Source: a virus | Length of the DNA stretch: 64,000 nucleotides | Strand: one strand, 5' to 3' | Virus record (IMG/VR): IMGVR_UViG_3300045988_161046 | Span: 37,807 to 101,806 of that record | In this document: one piece after another, positions 25,225-34,707 of the stretch | Position numbering within the stretch: the first letter of the stretch is position 1 | How the letters are laid out: each line of letters begins with the position of its first letter | Program-made: the position numbers and the translations under genes | The notes under the pieces: model-generated | Databases searched by the model: none | Told to the model about the DNA's origin: nothing | The model's input: only the letters and a program-made list of their open reading frames with translations

Positions 25225-26337
25225 CTATTTCCCAATAAACCAATTTACGTTCCAATTATTACCATCATATATTAATTCTGTTCTCTGGTTGTATGCACCC
25301 GAAGTGAAGCTATTTCTAGAAACTCCGTACCAAGACATATTATTAAGTGATGATTTAATAACAAAGTTGTCACCAGCTTGTATAAACTTATAATATTGAC
25401 CTCTCTGAGGTTTATCGGGGAGTGTTAGCGTTACGCCTCTTGTTACTATAATGAAGCAATCCATCTCAGATAATGTAATACTCTTATTGACTTTTCTTGT
25501 CACAGGACGTAATCCAGCATACATTCCTCTAGATGCGCATATTGCAAAGTTGCCTGATGGTTCATCGGAATAGCTACTTTGTTCCCTTGTTCCACCTTCG
25601 GCATGCAATACTAAACATGCCTTAGAATCGTCTGGTCGGTACTCTCGGTCGTCTATCCTTATATCAGATATTAGATTACTAATACCATAAATTGGGGAGA
25701 CACGCTTTGTAGTACCAATCCAGATAATTCTATCATTAGTTGTATGGTCAGTTGTGTGTGTGAAGAATAAACTATTCTCTGATAATTGCATTGGTTTGTG
25801 CGTGGTGTTATAACCATCGTCATATTCTAAGATTCCATTGTCTGTCAATGTGAATCTACCTATTCTTCCCATTAACGCATAGATTGCTCCATCTTGCGTC
25901 ACATGGAATGGAGCATTTTTAGCATTATCCGCACCAACAAAGAGAGGAGCATAGGTAGTATCATCTACCTTGCAAGCTTCCATATTCTCGGTATTTCCGA
26001 AATATCCCACATTGGCAGTTCCGTCCTCGGACTTCGCCCAAAGATGCTTAACCTCGATTTTATCTGCATCAATCAGGTTAGCATTGAGCTTACCATTACT
26101 GAACATGGCAATGGTGTTATTGTTCTCATCAATAACGCTCGTCTGCTTCGCCTTGATAGCAACACTATCCGAACCGATTACAATACCAGCCGCCGTCATG
26201 TCCTTAACCAACTGAGTAAAGTTCCCGATAGGCGTACTCTCATTCGTTGCAGTAATGAGACGAACAATCTCCGTCTCACTCGCTGTTTTGGGCTTTCTGC
26301 CTACCTTTACAACACCTTGCGCACTATGTCCAGCCAT
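25225..26337 (-). CDS. tail-fibre-like protein
   Basis: N-terminal region ...NGKLNANLIDADKIEVKHLWAK... resembles tail-fibre shaft motifs; position in the tail module. Confidence 0.45.
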   Translation of the reverse strand: MAGHSAQGVVKVGRKPKTASETEIVRLITATNESTPIGNFTQLVKDMTAAGIVIGSDSVAIKAKQTSVIDENNNTIAMFSNGKLNANLIDADKIEVKHLWAKSEDGTANVGYFGNTENMEACKVDDTTYAPLFVGADNAKNAPFHVTQDGAIYALMGRIGRFTLTDNGILEYDDGYNTTHKPMQLSENSLFFTHTTDHTTNDRIIWIGTTKRVSPIYGISNLISDIRIDDREYRPDDSKACLVLHAEGGTREQSSYSDEPSGNFAICASRGMYAGLRPVTRKVNKSITLSEMDCFIIVTRGVTLTLPDKPQRGQYYKFIQAGDNFVIKSSLNNMSWYGVSRNSFTSGAYNQRTELIYDGNNWNVNWFIGK

Positions 26338-26355
26338 AGTATACCTCCTTTCTTT

Positions 26356-26775
26356 TTATACGTTAGCGTTAATTATCTCAACTGCCTTTCTAGCAATTTC
26401 CTTTGCGTGGATGCGCCACTCTTGCATCGCCTTATACTCTGCAATATACTCCTCACGCTTGCTATCATCCAAGGAAATTGATGCCACAGCACTATTCTGA
26501 GCCAACTCGAAGTTAAGACGAATGGCATCCATCTTGTCTGAAGGGTACTTGTCTTCGATGATTGCAGACGCGATTGCATCATAGCTACGGATGCCGCCAC
26601 GAAGCTCGATGTATTCGGCACTATACGCATTATCACCAACAACTACATTACCTTCACTATCATTCTTAGGCTCGGACTTCACGTAGTCGAAAGTAACACG
26701 CATCCAATCACTACTAACCTTTACTGAGACGTTCTCCTTTGGAGCTTCGCCAACCAAATCAAAATATGTTTTCAT
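26356..26775 (-). CDS. hypothetical protein (downstream of DGR RT)
   Basis: ORF track; acidic. Confidence 0.55.
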   Translation of the reverse strand: MKTYFDLVGEAPKENVSVKVSSDWMRVTFDYVKSEPKNDSEGNVVVGDNAYSAEYIELRGGIRSYDAIASAIIEDKYPSDKMDAIRLNFELAQNSAVASISLDDSKREEYIAEYKAMQEWRIHAKEIARKAVEIINANV

Positions 26776-26809
26776 ATCTGTCTTTATTTTTAATGTTTAA
26801 CAATCCTGT

Positions 26810-28258
26810 TTAATCCAAGTCGTAAGTAAAGTTACCACCACGAAGGAAGACTATAGATGCGAAAGTTTCCAATGGGTAGATGTTTTGTTGCCTTCCCAAA
26901 TTAAGTTTTTCAATGATGCGCTTGCTTGTAGTACAGAACTTATATTTCTCACTATTAGCATCATCCTTGAAAGAAAACATCACCCAACAGCGACCACTTT
27001 TATTTGCTATCGTCACATTATCCTCGAAATCGTGAATGATTATCGGTACATGTGTCTGTGCCAACTCTGCAAGTTTCTTCTCCAGTACGTCAAAGACACG
27101 CTTACCATCCTTATCCACATTTACTTGACTTGTAGTAATTCCATGTTCTTTAAAACTCATGTTATTTTCCTTTAATATCGTATTCCATAAATTATTACAT
27201 TTTCCCCATTTAGCTATTCCCCAATAGGAAGCATACAACTCTTTCCTTCTTTTGCGGCTCTTTACTCCATGAAAGCTTTTCACCATGTTGAGTTTGGTAC
27301 GCTTACGCATTCTCATGTTTTTACGGGAAAATACATATCCCACAAAGTCGATGCTGCGACCATCTATCAGCTTACTCTCATCCATCAATGGTGCAACATA
27401 GCTACTACATTTCACTACCATTCCAATACGACTAAGAATATCATCAAAGCACCTCAATAACTCATTGGCTTCTTCCTTGGTTCTAACCATCGCAACTATA
27501 TCATCGCAATGCCTATGATAAAACTCTATGTGCAATTTCTGCTTGGCATATCTGTCAACTTCCGAAAGTACGAGATTGCCGATTATCTGCTTGATGCAGT
27601 TACCTAGTGTTATACCTCGTTCTTCACCTACATAAGCAAGTGGAGTATTCGAAGTCCAAGGACACGTTGCACGTTTCTTGGCATCTTCTTCCAGCAACAA
27701 AGGCTCAATATCCGATTCATAGTCTAAAACCGTCTTCTCTATTAGTTCTAAGAATAGGTCATCATCAATGTACCTTCTCAACGCATTCATTACAACCTTG
27801 TGAGGCAAAGACGGATAGAACTTCCTTATATCTAGCTTTACTACGTAATGAAGATTAGGATGCTTACGCAATAGCTGTTGGGTTCTCAAAGCTGCGAATA
27901 CTTGACCCTTACCCTTTCTTCCTGCCGAAGAATCGTATATCAGAATCTTCTCAACTATAGGCTCGAACACTACCTTAATGGCATGATAGAGGATATTCCA
28001 AGGCATGAAGTGTTGTGGATATATCACTCTGTCCTTATCCTTTGCGTGAAGAACCCTGGGACGATAAGGCTTCGTAGGATATTCTCGCAAAATTATCATA
28101 CTTTGAATCTTTTCGAGATTTGCAGTCTCATTTTTAAGAAACTGCTTCACGTACCAAGCTTCCTTATCTTTTACCACACTTGTTGCATCATTCGCACCTT
28201 CCAATAAGGTTTCCATCTTTATCACCTTGTCAATAAGATGCCTTGCTTTCTTTGTCAT
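26810..28258 (-). CDS. DGR reverse transcriptase
   Basis: RT motifs LDIRKFYPSLPH, GITLGNCIKQIIGNLVLSEVD (DGR-type (I/L)GxxxSQ-like), HCDDIVAM; sits directly downstream of TR; ~150 aa C-terminal extension. Confidence 0.85.
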   Translation of the reverse strand: MTKKARHLIDKVIKMETLLEGANDATSVVKDKEAWYVKQFLKNETANLEKIQSMIILREYPTKPYRPRVLHAKDKDRVIYPQHFMPWNILYHAIKVVFEPIVEKILIYDSSAGRKGKGQVFAALRTQQLLRKHPNLHYVVKLDIRKFYPSLPHKVVMNALRRYIDDDLFLELIEKTVLDYESDIEPLLLEEDAKKRATCPWTSNTPLAYVGEERGITLGNCIKQIIGNLVLSEVDRYAKQKLHIEFYHRHCDDIVAMVRTKEEANELLRCFDDILSRIGMVVKCSSYVAPLMDESKLIDGRSIDFVGYVFSRKNMRMRKRTKLNMVKSFHGVKSRKRRKELYASYWGIAKWGKCNNLWNTILKENNMSFKEHGITTSQVNVDKDGKRVFDVLEKKLAELAQTHVPIIIHDFEDNVTIANKSGRCWVMFSFKDDANSEKYKFCTTSKRIIEKLNLGRQQNIYPLETFASIVFLRGGNFTYDLD

Positions 28259-28466
28259 TATTTCAAAGAGTCGCTTATTTTTCCTCGCCCTAGGCTTTTC
28301 TCCATACTGGCTGCATGGCTACATCACCTAGCTTGTCTGTAATTTAATACTGACCTTTCTGCGTATATGTTTTGGCAGTCCACTAAAGACCGCCAAGGTT
28401 CACGAAACTCAATCGAAAATGGTTTCTCTCTATAGGAGAGACTACTTTTCTGCCTTGATTGATTTT

Positions 28467-28583
28467 ATAAGTTAGACGAGCCCCGTAATTCGTCCTGCGG
28501 TTATCGAAAGCGTTATTCGAATTGACGCAACCGAGACCGCTGTGCGACTGGTTGTTGGAATTGCCACCCCAGATACAGAGCTT
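28467..28583 (-). repeat. DGR template repeat (TR)
   Basis: Gap-free alignment to 28780-28896; Asn (AAY)-rich reading ...WGGNSNNQSHSGLGCVNSNNAFDNRRTNYGARLTY. Confidence 0.9.
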
Positions 28584-28730
28584 ATGTTTCGTTCCACCTT
28601 TTATGCGAGTTGTTTGCGAATTTATGTGAATGTTAATAATTTAATTATTTAACTCTTATGCTCGCTCGCTACGGCTCGCTCGGTTTTTAATTGCCTTGCT
28701 TGCCATAGCTTGCTTGCGTTTTTTGGTGCT

Positions 28731-28749
28731 GCTGACCCTAAAGGTCAGC
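28731..28749. other. 7-bp-stem hairpin at the target gene stop (VR-flanking)
   Basis: gctgacc-ctaaa-ggtcagc. Confidence 0.6.
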
Positions 28750-30039
28750 TCCGTTTACGATTTTCGGTAATGCGCCATAATAAGCGAGACGAGCCCCGCA
28801 ATCCGCCCTGCGGATATCGAAAGCGTTACTCGAATGGACGCAACCGAGACCGCCGCGCGACCGGGCGCCGGAATAGCCACCCCAGATACAGAGCTGCCCA
28901 ACAGGCTTATTATTGCCGTCATAGCACCAATACTTATCTCCCCAACGGCTACCAGAGCCACCTCCACCTTGTGAAGGAATGAGGTCGAAATGTTCACCAA
29001 TCGCCATCTTTGCTATCCACATTTCTTGACTTCCCAATCGTTGAATAGTACGATATGTTCCTGTAGGATGGCTAATAAGTTCCGCATCGGTCGGCAGTCG
29101 ATTACCTTCGTATATAAACGCCTCTAGTCCAGTCTGTCCTTCATTGTTTACATTACCGAAATAGATACCTTGTCTCATTTCCCATTGCCAGTTGTACCAG
29201 TCCTCGACACCAAAGAGAGATACACGACAAGCATTCGGTGCATTAGTTAACGTGATAGGTATCTTACCGCAACTATCTCCAAGTGATATTGTTGCACCCG
29301 TCTTCAACTGAGAAACTCCACCCCAGTTGTCTGCCCATTCACCTTCACCGCCAACACCATTTCCGATATTAGCTTGTACGTTAGGATTGCCATACTCGGA
29401 TAGGTTTGTCATCATTCCCCATTGACCATGCTCGTAGCAAGTGATACCATAATCCTTACCATTGTTTCTAGCGAGATTCCAGAAATCACGGATAAATCTG
29501 CTTCCTGATACATCAATGTTCTTACCGCTACGAGAATGAAGAGCATTACCAGCAACACTACCCATGTATGCACCAATCATCGGATGCTCGATATAATAGC
29601 CACCAATAGGATATTGTGACTGCCATACAACATTGCATCCCATTGATGCATCATACTTAACGACAAAATAAAGGCGTGGAGCTACCACGAATACATCACC
29701 TTTCGATTCATCAACGGTCGTACCATCCGCAAAAATCGAACTATTGATAGATGATAGTTTTGCCATCTTCTCACCTCCAGTCTTCACAAGGTAGCGACCG
29801 ATAGCTCTCTTGTACTCTTCCCATAAGGAGAGATTACCTATTCTTCCCCAATTTTGACTATCTTCGTCTTGTTTGATAGGTGTACCCCACGCTATCAGAG
29901 CCAAATCAAGTTGATTAGTCTGAATAGAGTTAGCCAAATCAGACAGCTTGATACGTCTGAGCGAGCCACCAACCTCTATCAATAAAGTATCACCCTTAAC
30001 CATTGATGATACCAATGCTACTGTTGCAAGATTTTTCAT
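28738..30039 (-). CDS. DGR variable protein; receptor-binding/tail-fibre candidate with C-type-lectin-like C-terminus
   Basis: VR lies in the last ~50 codons (...CIWGGYSGARSRGGLGCVHSSNAFDIRRADCGARLAYY...). Confidence 0.85.
   Translation of the reverse strand: MKNLATVALVSSMVKGDTLLIEVGGSLRRIKLSDLANSIQTNQLDLALIAWGTPIKQDEDSQNWGRIGNLSLWEEYKRAIGRYLVKTGGEKMAKLSSINSSIFADGTTVDESKGDVFVVAPRLYFVVKYDASMGCNVVWQSQYPIGGYYIEHPMIGAYMGSVAGNALHSRSGKNIDVSGSRFIRDFWNLARNNGKDYGITCYEHGQWGMMTNLSEYGNPNVQANIGNGVGGEGEWADNWGGVSQLKTGATISLGDSCGKIPITLTNAPNACRVSLFGVEDWYNWQWEMRQGIYFGNVNNEGQTGLEAFIYEGNRLPTDAELISHPTGTYRTIQRLGSQEMWIAKMAIGEHFDLIPSQGGGGSGSRWGDKYWCYDGNNKPVGQLCIWGGYSGARSRGGLGCVHSSNAFDIRRADCGARLAYYGALPKIVNGADL
28780..28896 (-). 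repeat. DGR variable repeat (VR)
   Basis: 16 mismatches to TR, all at TR coding-strand adenines. Confidence 0.9.
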
Positions 30040-30064
30040 ATTTTGCTATTTTTATGTTACTAAA

Positions 30065-31270
30065 TCAGTTACCAATTAAGTATTCTCCGTTCTCATCAAC
30101 GAGGGGTTCAGAACCATCAGAGAAGAAGTCGAAGCTCGGCTTGTATTCAGCATCACATCTTATCTCCAACTCATCATCAGCAGTTTCGCCTAAACCAGTA
30201 TCAGAGATATTGAAGATTGCCGTATCGCCCTCTTGCCATTGCCTTGTAGTTGTAGCACCGCCATTTTCGGCAATAGTGCTCCAATTGAGTTTGAGGACAT
30301 TAGCAGGGCAGTCCACGATGTTACCCTCTGAATTGACTAGAGCAATCTGTTGTCGGTTGTCAACTCCAGGAGATATGTCTACGTTCTGTCCTGCCGATAC
30401 GCTATACTTCGGATAGGTTCGGGAGACAGATATTTGCTTGTTGCATACTTCCGTATCGCCCACAAATGCCCTAATTACGTATAATGCCGAATTAATCAGT
30501 CTTAAATCAAGTGCGATGTAACTTGTGTTGATTGCTGCCACCTCATTCATTCCTACGCTTATCTGTGTCATCGAAGAACCGCTCATCTTGTAGAGCTTGA
30601 TAGTGTAGCCAGAAGTAATACTCTTTGCGCCCTTGTAGATGTGGAGAGGAATATTTCTCAGATAAGCCTTCTCATCAATGCAAGCGTTCCTAACAGCATC
30701 GGATGCAGCTATCATTCCATGAGCTACCTTGTAGTCGTACAGAAGCAATCTATCTAACATCGGATTGTAGATGATAGTCTCATCATCATCAATAGCCATT
30801 GAATAGGCATCATCGCTCTTTGCAACCGTGTTCAGAACTACCTCATCTGTAAGGATAGGAACATTGATTTTGGTTCGATAGTCAACGATGTCAGCCTTGA
30901 ACCTCAGAGCAAATCGTTCTGTTACTGCTACATTACGGAATATGGTAAGGTCTCCACGTGTAGCACCATCCTGATTAATTGAGTAATCCGATGCAGCCCA
31001 TACATTGCTTATATCCTCGCCGTTGACAAGCCACACCATGTTGGCAAGTACCGCATTTGCTTGCTGATACTTCCACGTTCCATCGCTTGCATAAGCTGTG
31101 ATGTCTGGGTGTAACACACAAGGTGTGTTGGCTCGGTTCGGCTCGAAGCTACTATTAACCACGTTCCACACTTGCGTTGTAGGAGAGCCGCCCGACACAC
31201 ATACGATTGATTTTGCCGTATTGAGAGGTGCAAAAGACCTTCTTATTCTTACTGCGTTGTTTGTTGCCAT
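30065..31270 (-). CDS. virion structural protein (tail/fibre module)
   Basis: ORF track; beta-rich; synteny only. Confidence 0.55.
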   Translation of the reverse strand: MATNNAVRIRRSFAPLNTAKSIVCVSGGSPTTQVWNVVNSSFEPNRANTPCVLHPDITAYASDGTWKYQQANAVLANMVWLVNGEDISNVWAASDYSINQDGATRGDLTIFRNVAVTERFALRFKADIVDYRTKINVPILTDEVVLNTVAKSDDAYSMAIDDDETIIYNPMLDRLLLYDYKVAHGMIAASDAVRNACIDEKAYLRNIPLHIYKGAKSITSGYTIKLYKMSGSSMTQISVGMNEVAAINTSYIALDLRLINSALYVIRAFVGDTEVCNKQISVSRTYPKYSVSAGQNVDISPGVDNRQQIALVNSEGNIVDCPANVLKLNWSTIAENGGATTTRQWQEGDTAIFNISDTGLGETADDELEIRCDAEYKPSFDFFSDGSEPLVDENGEYLIGN

Positions 31271-31287
31271 AATTGTTTCCTCCTATT

Positions 31288-32298
31288 TTACCAGGTTGCC
31301 GTAAACATAACATAAGCATCATGCTCTGTACCGCCATAGTCGCTCTCAGATTTTGCGATTGTGATAACGTTAGAATTTACTTCCTTGATAAGCTCATTAT
31401 TGTCCTTGTAGGCTTTAGCGTTCCACGAAACATTTGTTGGCGTTACAATAGCATTTGTTCTTGTATTCTTGATACTTCCTGTTATCGTTGCAGCCTTATC
31501 GCCTATAAGGTTTGAAACTTCACCGACAATTACGTATTCGTCCGCGTTATCAGTCATTACCTTACCAGCTCTGAAACAAGCATTCTGAGCATCCTTGTGG
31601 TAGAACTCGCAAGTAATGAGGGTAGAACCGTTCACCATATCACGAGTAACCGTGAGGGTCTTATCACTTCCAAGTACTTTACCTGCCGAGTTCTTCCACT
31701 TAACTGAGAAGTCGGTAAGTTCCGTTGTGGATAACCACAATCTTGCCGAGAGTGTAGCCGTATTCTCATTCTGAGCATCTGTCAGTATCGAGCGGTTGGC
31801 GGTTATCCATCCCATGTATGAGTTATTGCCCATAGGTTGTATGAGAATCGTAACGAATCCACTAACGTCCTGAGTGCTGCTGTCACCTATTGTGGCAGTA
31901 CCGCTATATGTAAGCGTATCTGAGCTTGTAGAACTGCTTGATGCAAGGTTTTTGAATATCTTCAATCTTCCGTATTCATCCATACCGAACTTTCCATCAC
32001 TAGTGAGCCAAAACGTTCCACTTTTACTATCGGTAAACACAAGCAACGTATCACCATACTTCCAATGATGGTTGCTGAGAGATACGATATTACCTTTCGC
32101 ACTCTTAACCACAGGAGTAAGGATAGGTCGAGCCGCATCGTCAGTCTCCCAGTTAGGGAATGGTGTAGCGTTGTCATTGTTGGCATCCACGCCTTGAAAT
32201 AGAGGCTGCGAACTCTCGATTGAAATTGACAAAGAATCGTTGTTACGAACTCTTCGTACAGGTATACAACCTTGTGCTGAGTAATTAGTATTTGCCAT
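31288..32298 (-). CDS. virion structural protein (tail/fibre module)
   Basis: ORF track; synteny only. Confidence 0.55.
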   Translation of the reverse strand: MANTNYSAQGCIPVRRVRNNDSLSISIESSQPLFQGVDANNDNATPFPNWETDDAARPILTPVVKSAKGNIVSLSNHHWKYGDTLLVFTDSKSGTFWLTSDGKFGMDEYGRLKIFKNLASSSSTSSDTLTYSGTATIGDSSTQDVSGFVTILIQPMGNNSYMGWITANRSILTDAQNENTATLSARLWLSTTELTDFSVKWKNSAGKVLGSDKTLTVTRDMVNGSTLITCEFYHKDAQNACFRAGKVMTDNADEYVIVGEVSNLIGDKAATITGSIKNTRTNAIVTPTNVSWNAKAYKDNNELIKEVNSNVITIAKSESDYGGTEHDAYVMFTATW

Positions 32299-32300
32299 CT

Positions 32301-32516
32301 TTATTCCTCCGTATTTTTAAATTGTTCCAACTCTTGCTCGGTCATAGCTTTGCCACCGATATTCTTAACACGCTCATCCAAGGTATTACCTTGAATATTG
32401 TTGCTCATCAACACTTCCTTCTCGTTGAGAATCATCTTGCCGTGAGCAGTGATGTGGGTGTGCAGGTTGAATCCGAGACCCAAAGCCTGCACCTTGTCTA
32501 ATATTACATACATCAT
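32301..32516 (-). CDS. hypothetical small protein
   Basis: ORF track; 4-nt overlap with the upstream gene. Confidence 0.5.
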   Translation of the reverse strand: MMYVILDKVQALGLGFNLHTHITAHGKMILNEKEVLMSNNIQGNTLDERVKNIGGKAMTEQELEQFKNTEE

Positions 32517-34576
32517 ACGCTTATTGTTCCTTTTGCTAGTTCAACTTTATTACCCCAAAAAGCAGTGATGGTGAAGATACAGCTATTGGAATCACCGATG
32601 TCATCTTCATCATCCGTCCACGCAATATCTATCGTTCCATCAAAGTTCTTGACCTTATCCTTATTCTGCCAAGCCGCATCATTGACAGCATCACCACTAT
32701 CACGCACGATGTTCCACGATGTAACTTGGGCTGTTATATCCTCAAAACCACGTATCACGGAACATACTACATGGTTTGTCTCTCCCTTGTCTATCCATTC
32801 TCCTGTGCTCTGCGTGATATTGAGTGTAGCATCAAGGATGGCATTCTGCGCCTTCCAGAAATCATTACCCCTTGCAGGTTCACTCGTTACATTTGTTCCT
32901 TCTGGTGCAACACATAACCAAGTTGTTCCGTTGTGTGTCACTTGGTCGTAGTACGTGTAGGTATCTCCTTGTTTCCAATCGCCACGATAGTTTATGGTCT
33001 TAACAATACTTCCGTCTACGTTAACTTGCTCGTAGTACTTAGTATAGAACCGCACCTTCTTCGGGCTTATCTCATATACAAGATTATCATTGCCGAGCGT
33101 GTAGCTATGAACGTTGGTATATCCTACCTCTCTAGGAGCGTTGTCACCATAGGTTTCTTTAACCACGAAGCTCATTCGGTTAGTGTTCGTGCGATTACCC
33201 ATGAGAACGATTGTGTCTCCAGCAGCAGGGTTATCACTACCTTCTGCCTTATCACTTGCAGAGATAACTATCCATGAAAATTTCTTTCCATCATAGAGGA
33301 TATTGTTGTTAGAATCCCTTATCTCCTCATTATCAGTAGACACATCAGTAATCCTGCGCCAATAGAACTTGTTCGATACATTCTCATATACGCCAGCCTT
33401 GATGTTAAAGGTCTCACATCGAACTTGGTCATCAACCTCAAACATATTTGTTGTTGCGGTTGTACCATCATCTGCTAACAGGTAGCACTTCCAACCAGTC
33501 AGTTCATTTGTGGTCTCGTTATTAATCTCTCTCACCTCGAATATTTTACCTGCCGAAGGAGAGAAAACAAGATTGCCGCCTACATAGGTCAGTTCTCGGA
33601 TAGTGAGGTTATTGAAGTACGCCTTACCCCATACTGAGAGGTCAGTAACATTCAGTCCGTACTTTCCATCCTTTCGCTTATAGAAGCCGAAACCCGACTG
33701 CATGGCATCATCGTAATCGGCAGAGTTTAGAAGGTTGATGGTTACGTTTCCGTCGGCATCTATGTAGTATTTGGTCGATTTACCTAAACGCAAGCCTTTC
33801 AGGAAGGTGATTAATCCTGCAGCCGTATCATCCTTATCCTTAGCAAGGAAATGCTTTACACCGAACTGACCGAGATAATGAGGGGTAACTACGGTATCAT
33901 CGCTTGTTTCCAGAGTGCCGTTACTGTCAGCAATGCCCTTCAGTTCATGCCCACCTAAGAAAAGACTGGTTACACGGGCTACCTTTGCCGACAATTCACT
34001 GAAAGTTGCCTTCAGAATTTCCTTCAGAAAGGTGATGGTATCTGATACGGAATTATACCGCCACCATGCGCCTTCACCACCGCTGGCTATTGCCTCGTCG
34101 GTAGCCAGTTTGCCGCATTCAAAATGCTGTTCCCATTCTCGCTTTCTGGTATTGTCGGCATCGGTCTTTACAGCAGATATGATACCGCCTGTAAAGATAT
34201 AGTAATAAGCCTCATTACCTATCTGTTCACCCCCAGTTCTTGAAGCTGTTATAGCCTTTCCGTAAATATCTATCTTCTGACCAGGGAACACGACGGTAGC
34301 CTGGTTATTATCGGTGGTAGACTGTCGTGGAATGGCGATATACACATACTTCCGTTCGCTATCAGGAAAGATAGAAGGGTAGGCAGCAAGCGTCCAGCGC
34401 TGATAGTTGTGACCGGCATCATAGCCCAAGCCGGGCACATCGCTCATATAGCAGAGAACGGAAGCACCCGATACTACACTACACTGGATGTAGTCAGGCT
34501 CTCCCATCGCATTGAGCTGGATATATAGAGCAGTGCTCGAGATCCAATAGTTTGTACTTTTTGCTTCTGTTGCCAT
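32513..34576 (-). CDS. large tail/baseplate structural protein
   Basis: ORF track; 687 aa; synteny only. Confidence 0.55.
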   Translation of the reverse strand: MATEAKSTNYWISSTALYIQLNAMGEPDYIQCSVVSGASVLCYMSDVPGLGYDAGHNYQRWTLAAYPSIFPDSERKYVYIAIPRQSTTDNNQATVVFPGQKIDIYGKAITASRTGGEQIGNEAYYYIFTGGIISAVKTDADNTRKREWEQHFECGKLATDEAIASGGEGAWWRYNSVSDTITFLKEILKATFSELSAKVARVTSLFLGGHELKGIADSNGTLETSDDTVVTPHYLGQFGVKHFLAKDKDDTAAGLITFLKGLRLGKSTKYYIDADGNVTINLLNSADYDDAMQSGFGFYKRKDGKYGLNVTDLSVWGKAYFNNLTIRELTYVGGNLVFSPSAGKIFEVREINNETTNELTGWKCYLLADDGTTATTNMFEVDDQVRCETFNIKAGVYENVSNKFYWRRITDVSTDNEEIRDSNNNILYDGKKFSWIVISASDKAEGSDNPAAGDTIVLMGNRTNTNRMSFVVKETYGDNAPREVGYTNVHSYTLGNDNLVYEISPKKVRFYTKYYEQVNVDGSIVKTINYRGDWKQGDTYTYYDQVTHNGTTWLCVAPEGTNVTSEPARGNDFWKAQNAILDATLNITQSTGEWIDKGETNHVVCSVIRGFEDITAQVTSWNIVRDSGDAVNDAAWQNKDKVKNFDGTIDIAWTDDEDDIGDSNSCIFTITAFWGNKVELAKGTISV

Positions 34577-34609
34577 TTTTATTGTTTGGATTTTTATTTA
34601 TTTATAAGG

Positions 34610-34646
34610 CAAAGATAAAGGGTTTCGATTTTTTAGTTGGGACAAA
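34610..34646 (-). promoter_or_regulatory. Class-II promoter (TTTGTCCC, 25-nt gap, TATCTTTG)
   Basis: Upstream of ATG 34576; Class-A copy abuts it. Confidence 0.55.
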
Positions 34647-34649
34647 AAA

Positions 34650-34680
34650 CCCAGCGATGGAATCGCTGGGAACGGAGGCG
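34650..34680 (+). repeat. Class-A hairpin element copy 4
   Basis: cccagcgatggaatcgctgggaacggaggcg. Confidence 0.9.
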
Positions 34681-34707
34681 AGAGGGAGACACGCAGCTCG
34701 CGCTGGG

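Noticed and set aside
26356-26775. 139-aa ORF next to the RT as the DGR accessory protein Avd
   Set aside because: It is acidic and lies downstream of the RT rather than between VR and TR. It has no resemblance to basic four-helix Avd that I can see. Left as hypothetical.
26810-28258. RT as a retron or group II intron enzyme
   Set aside because: The adjacent TR/VR pair with adenine-only differences identifies it as a DGR RT. I saw no msr/msd-like inverted repeats or intron domains.
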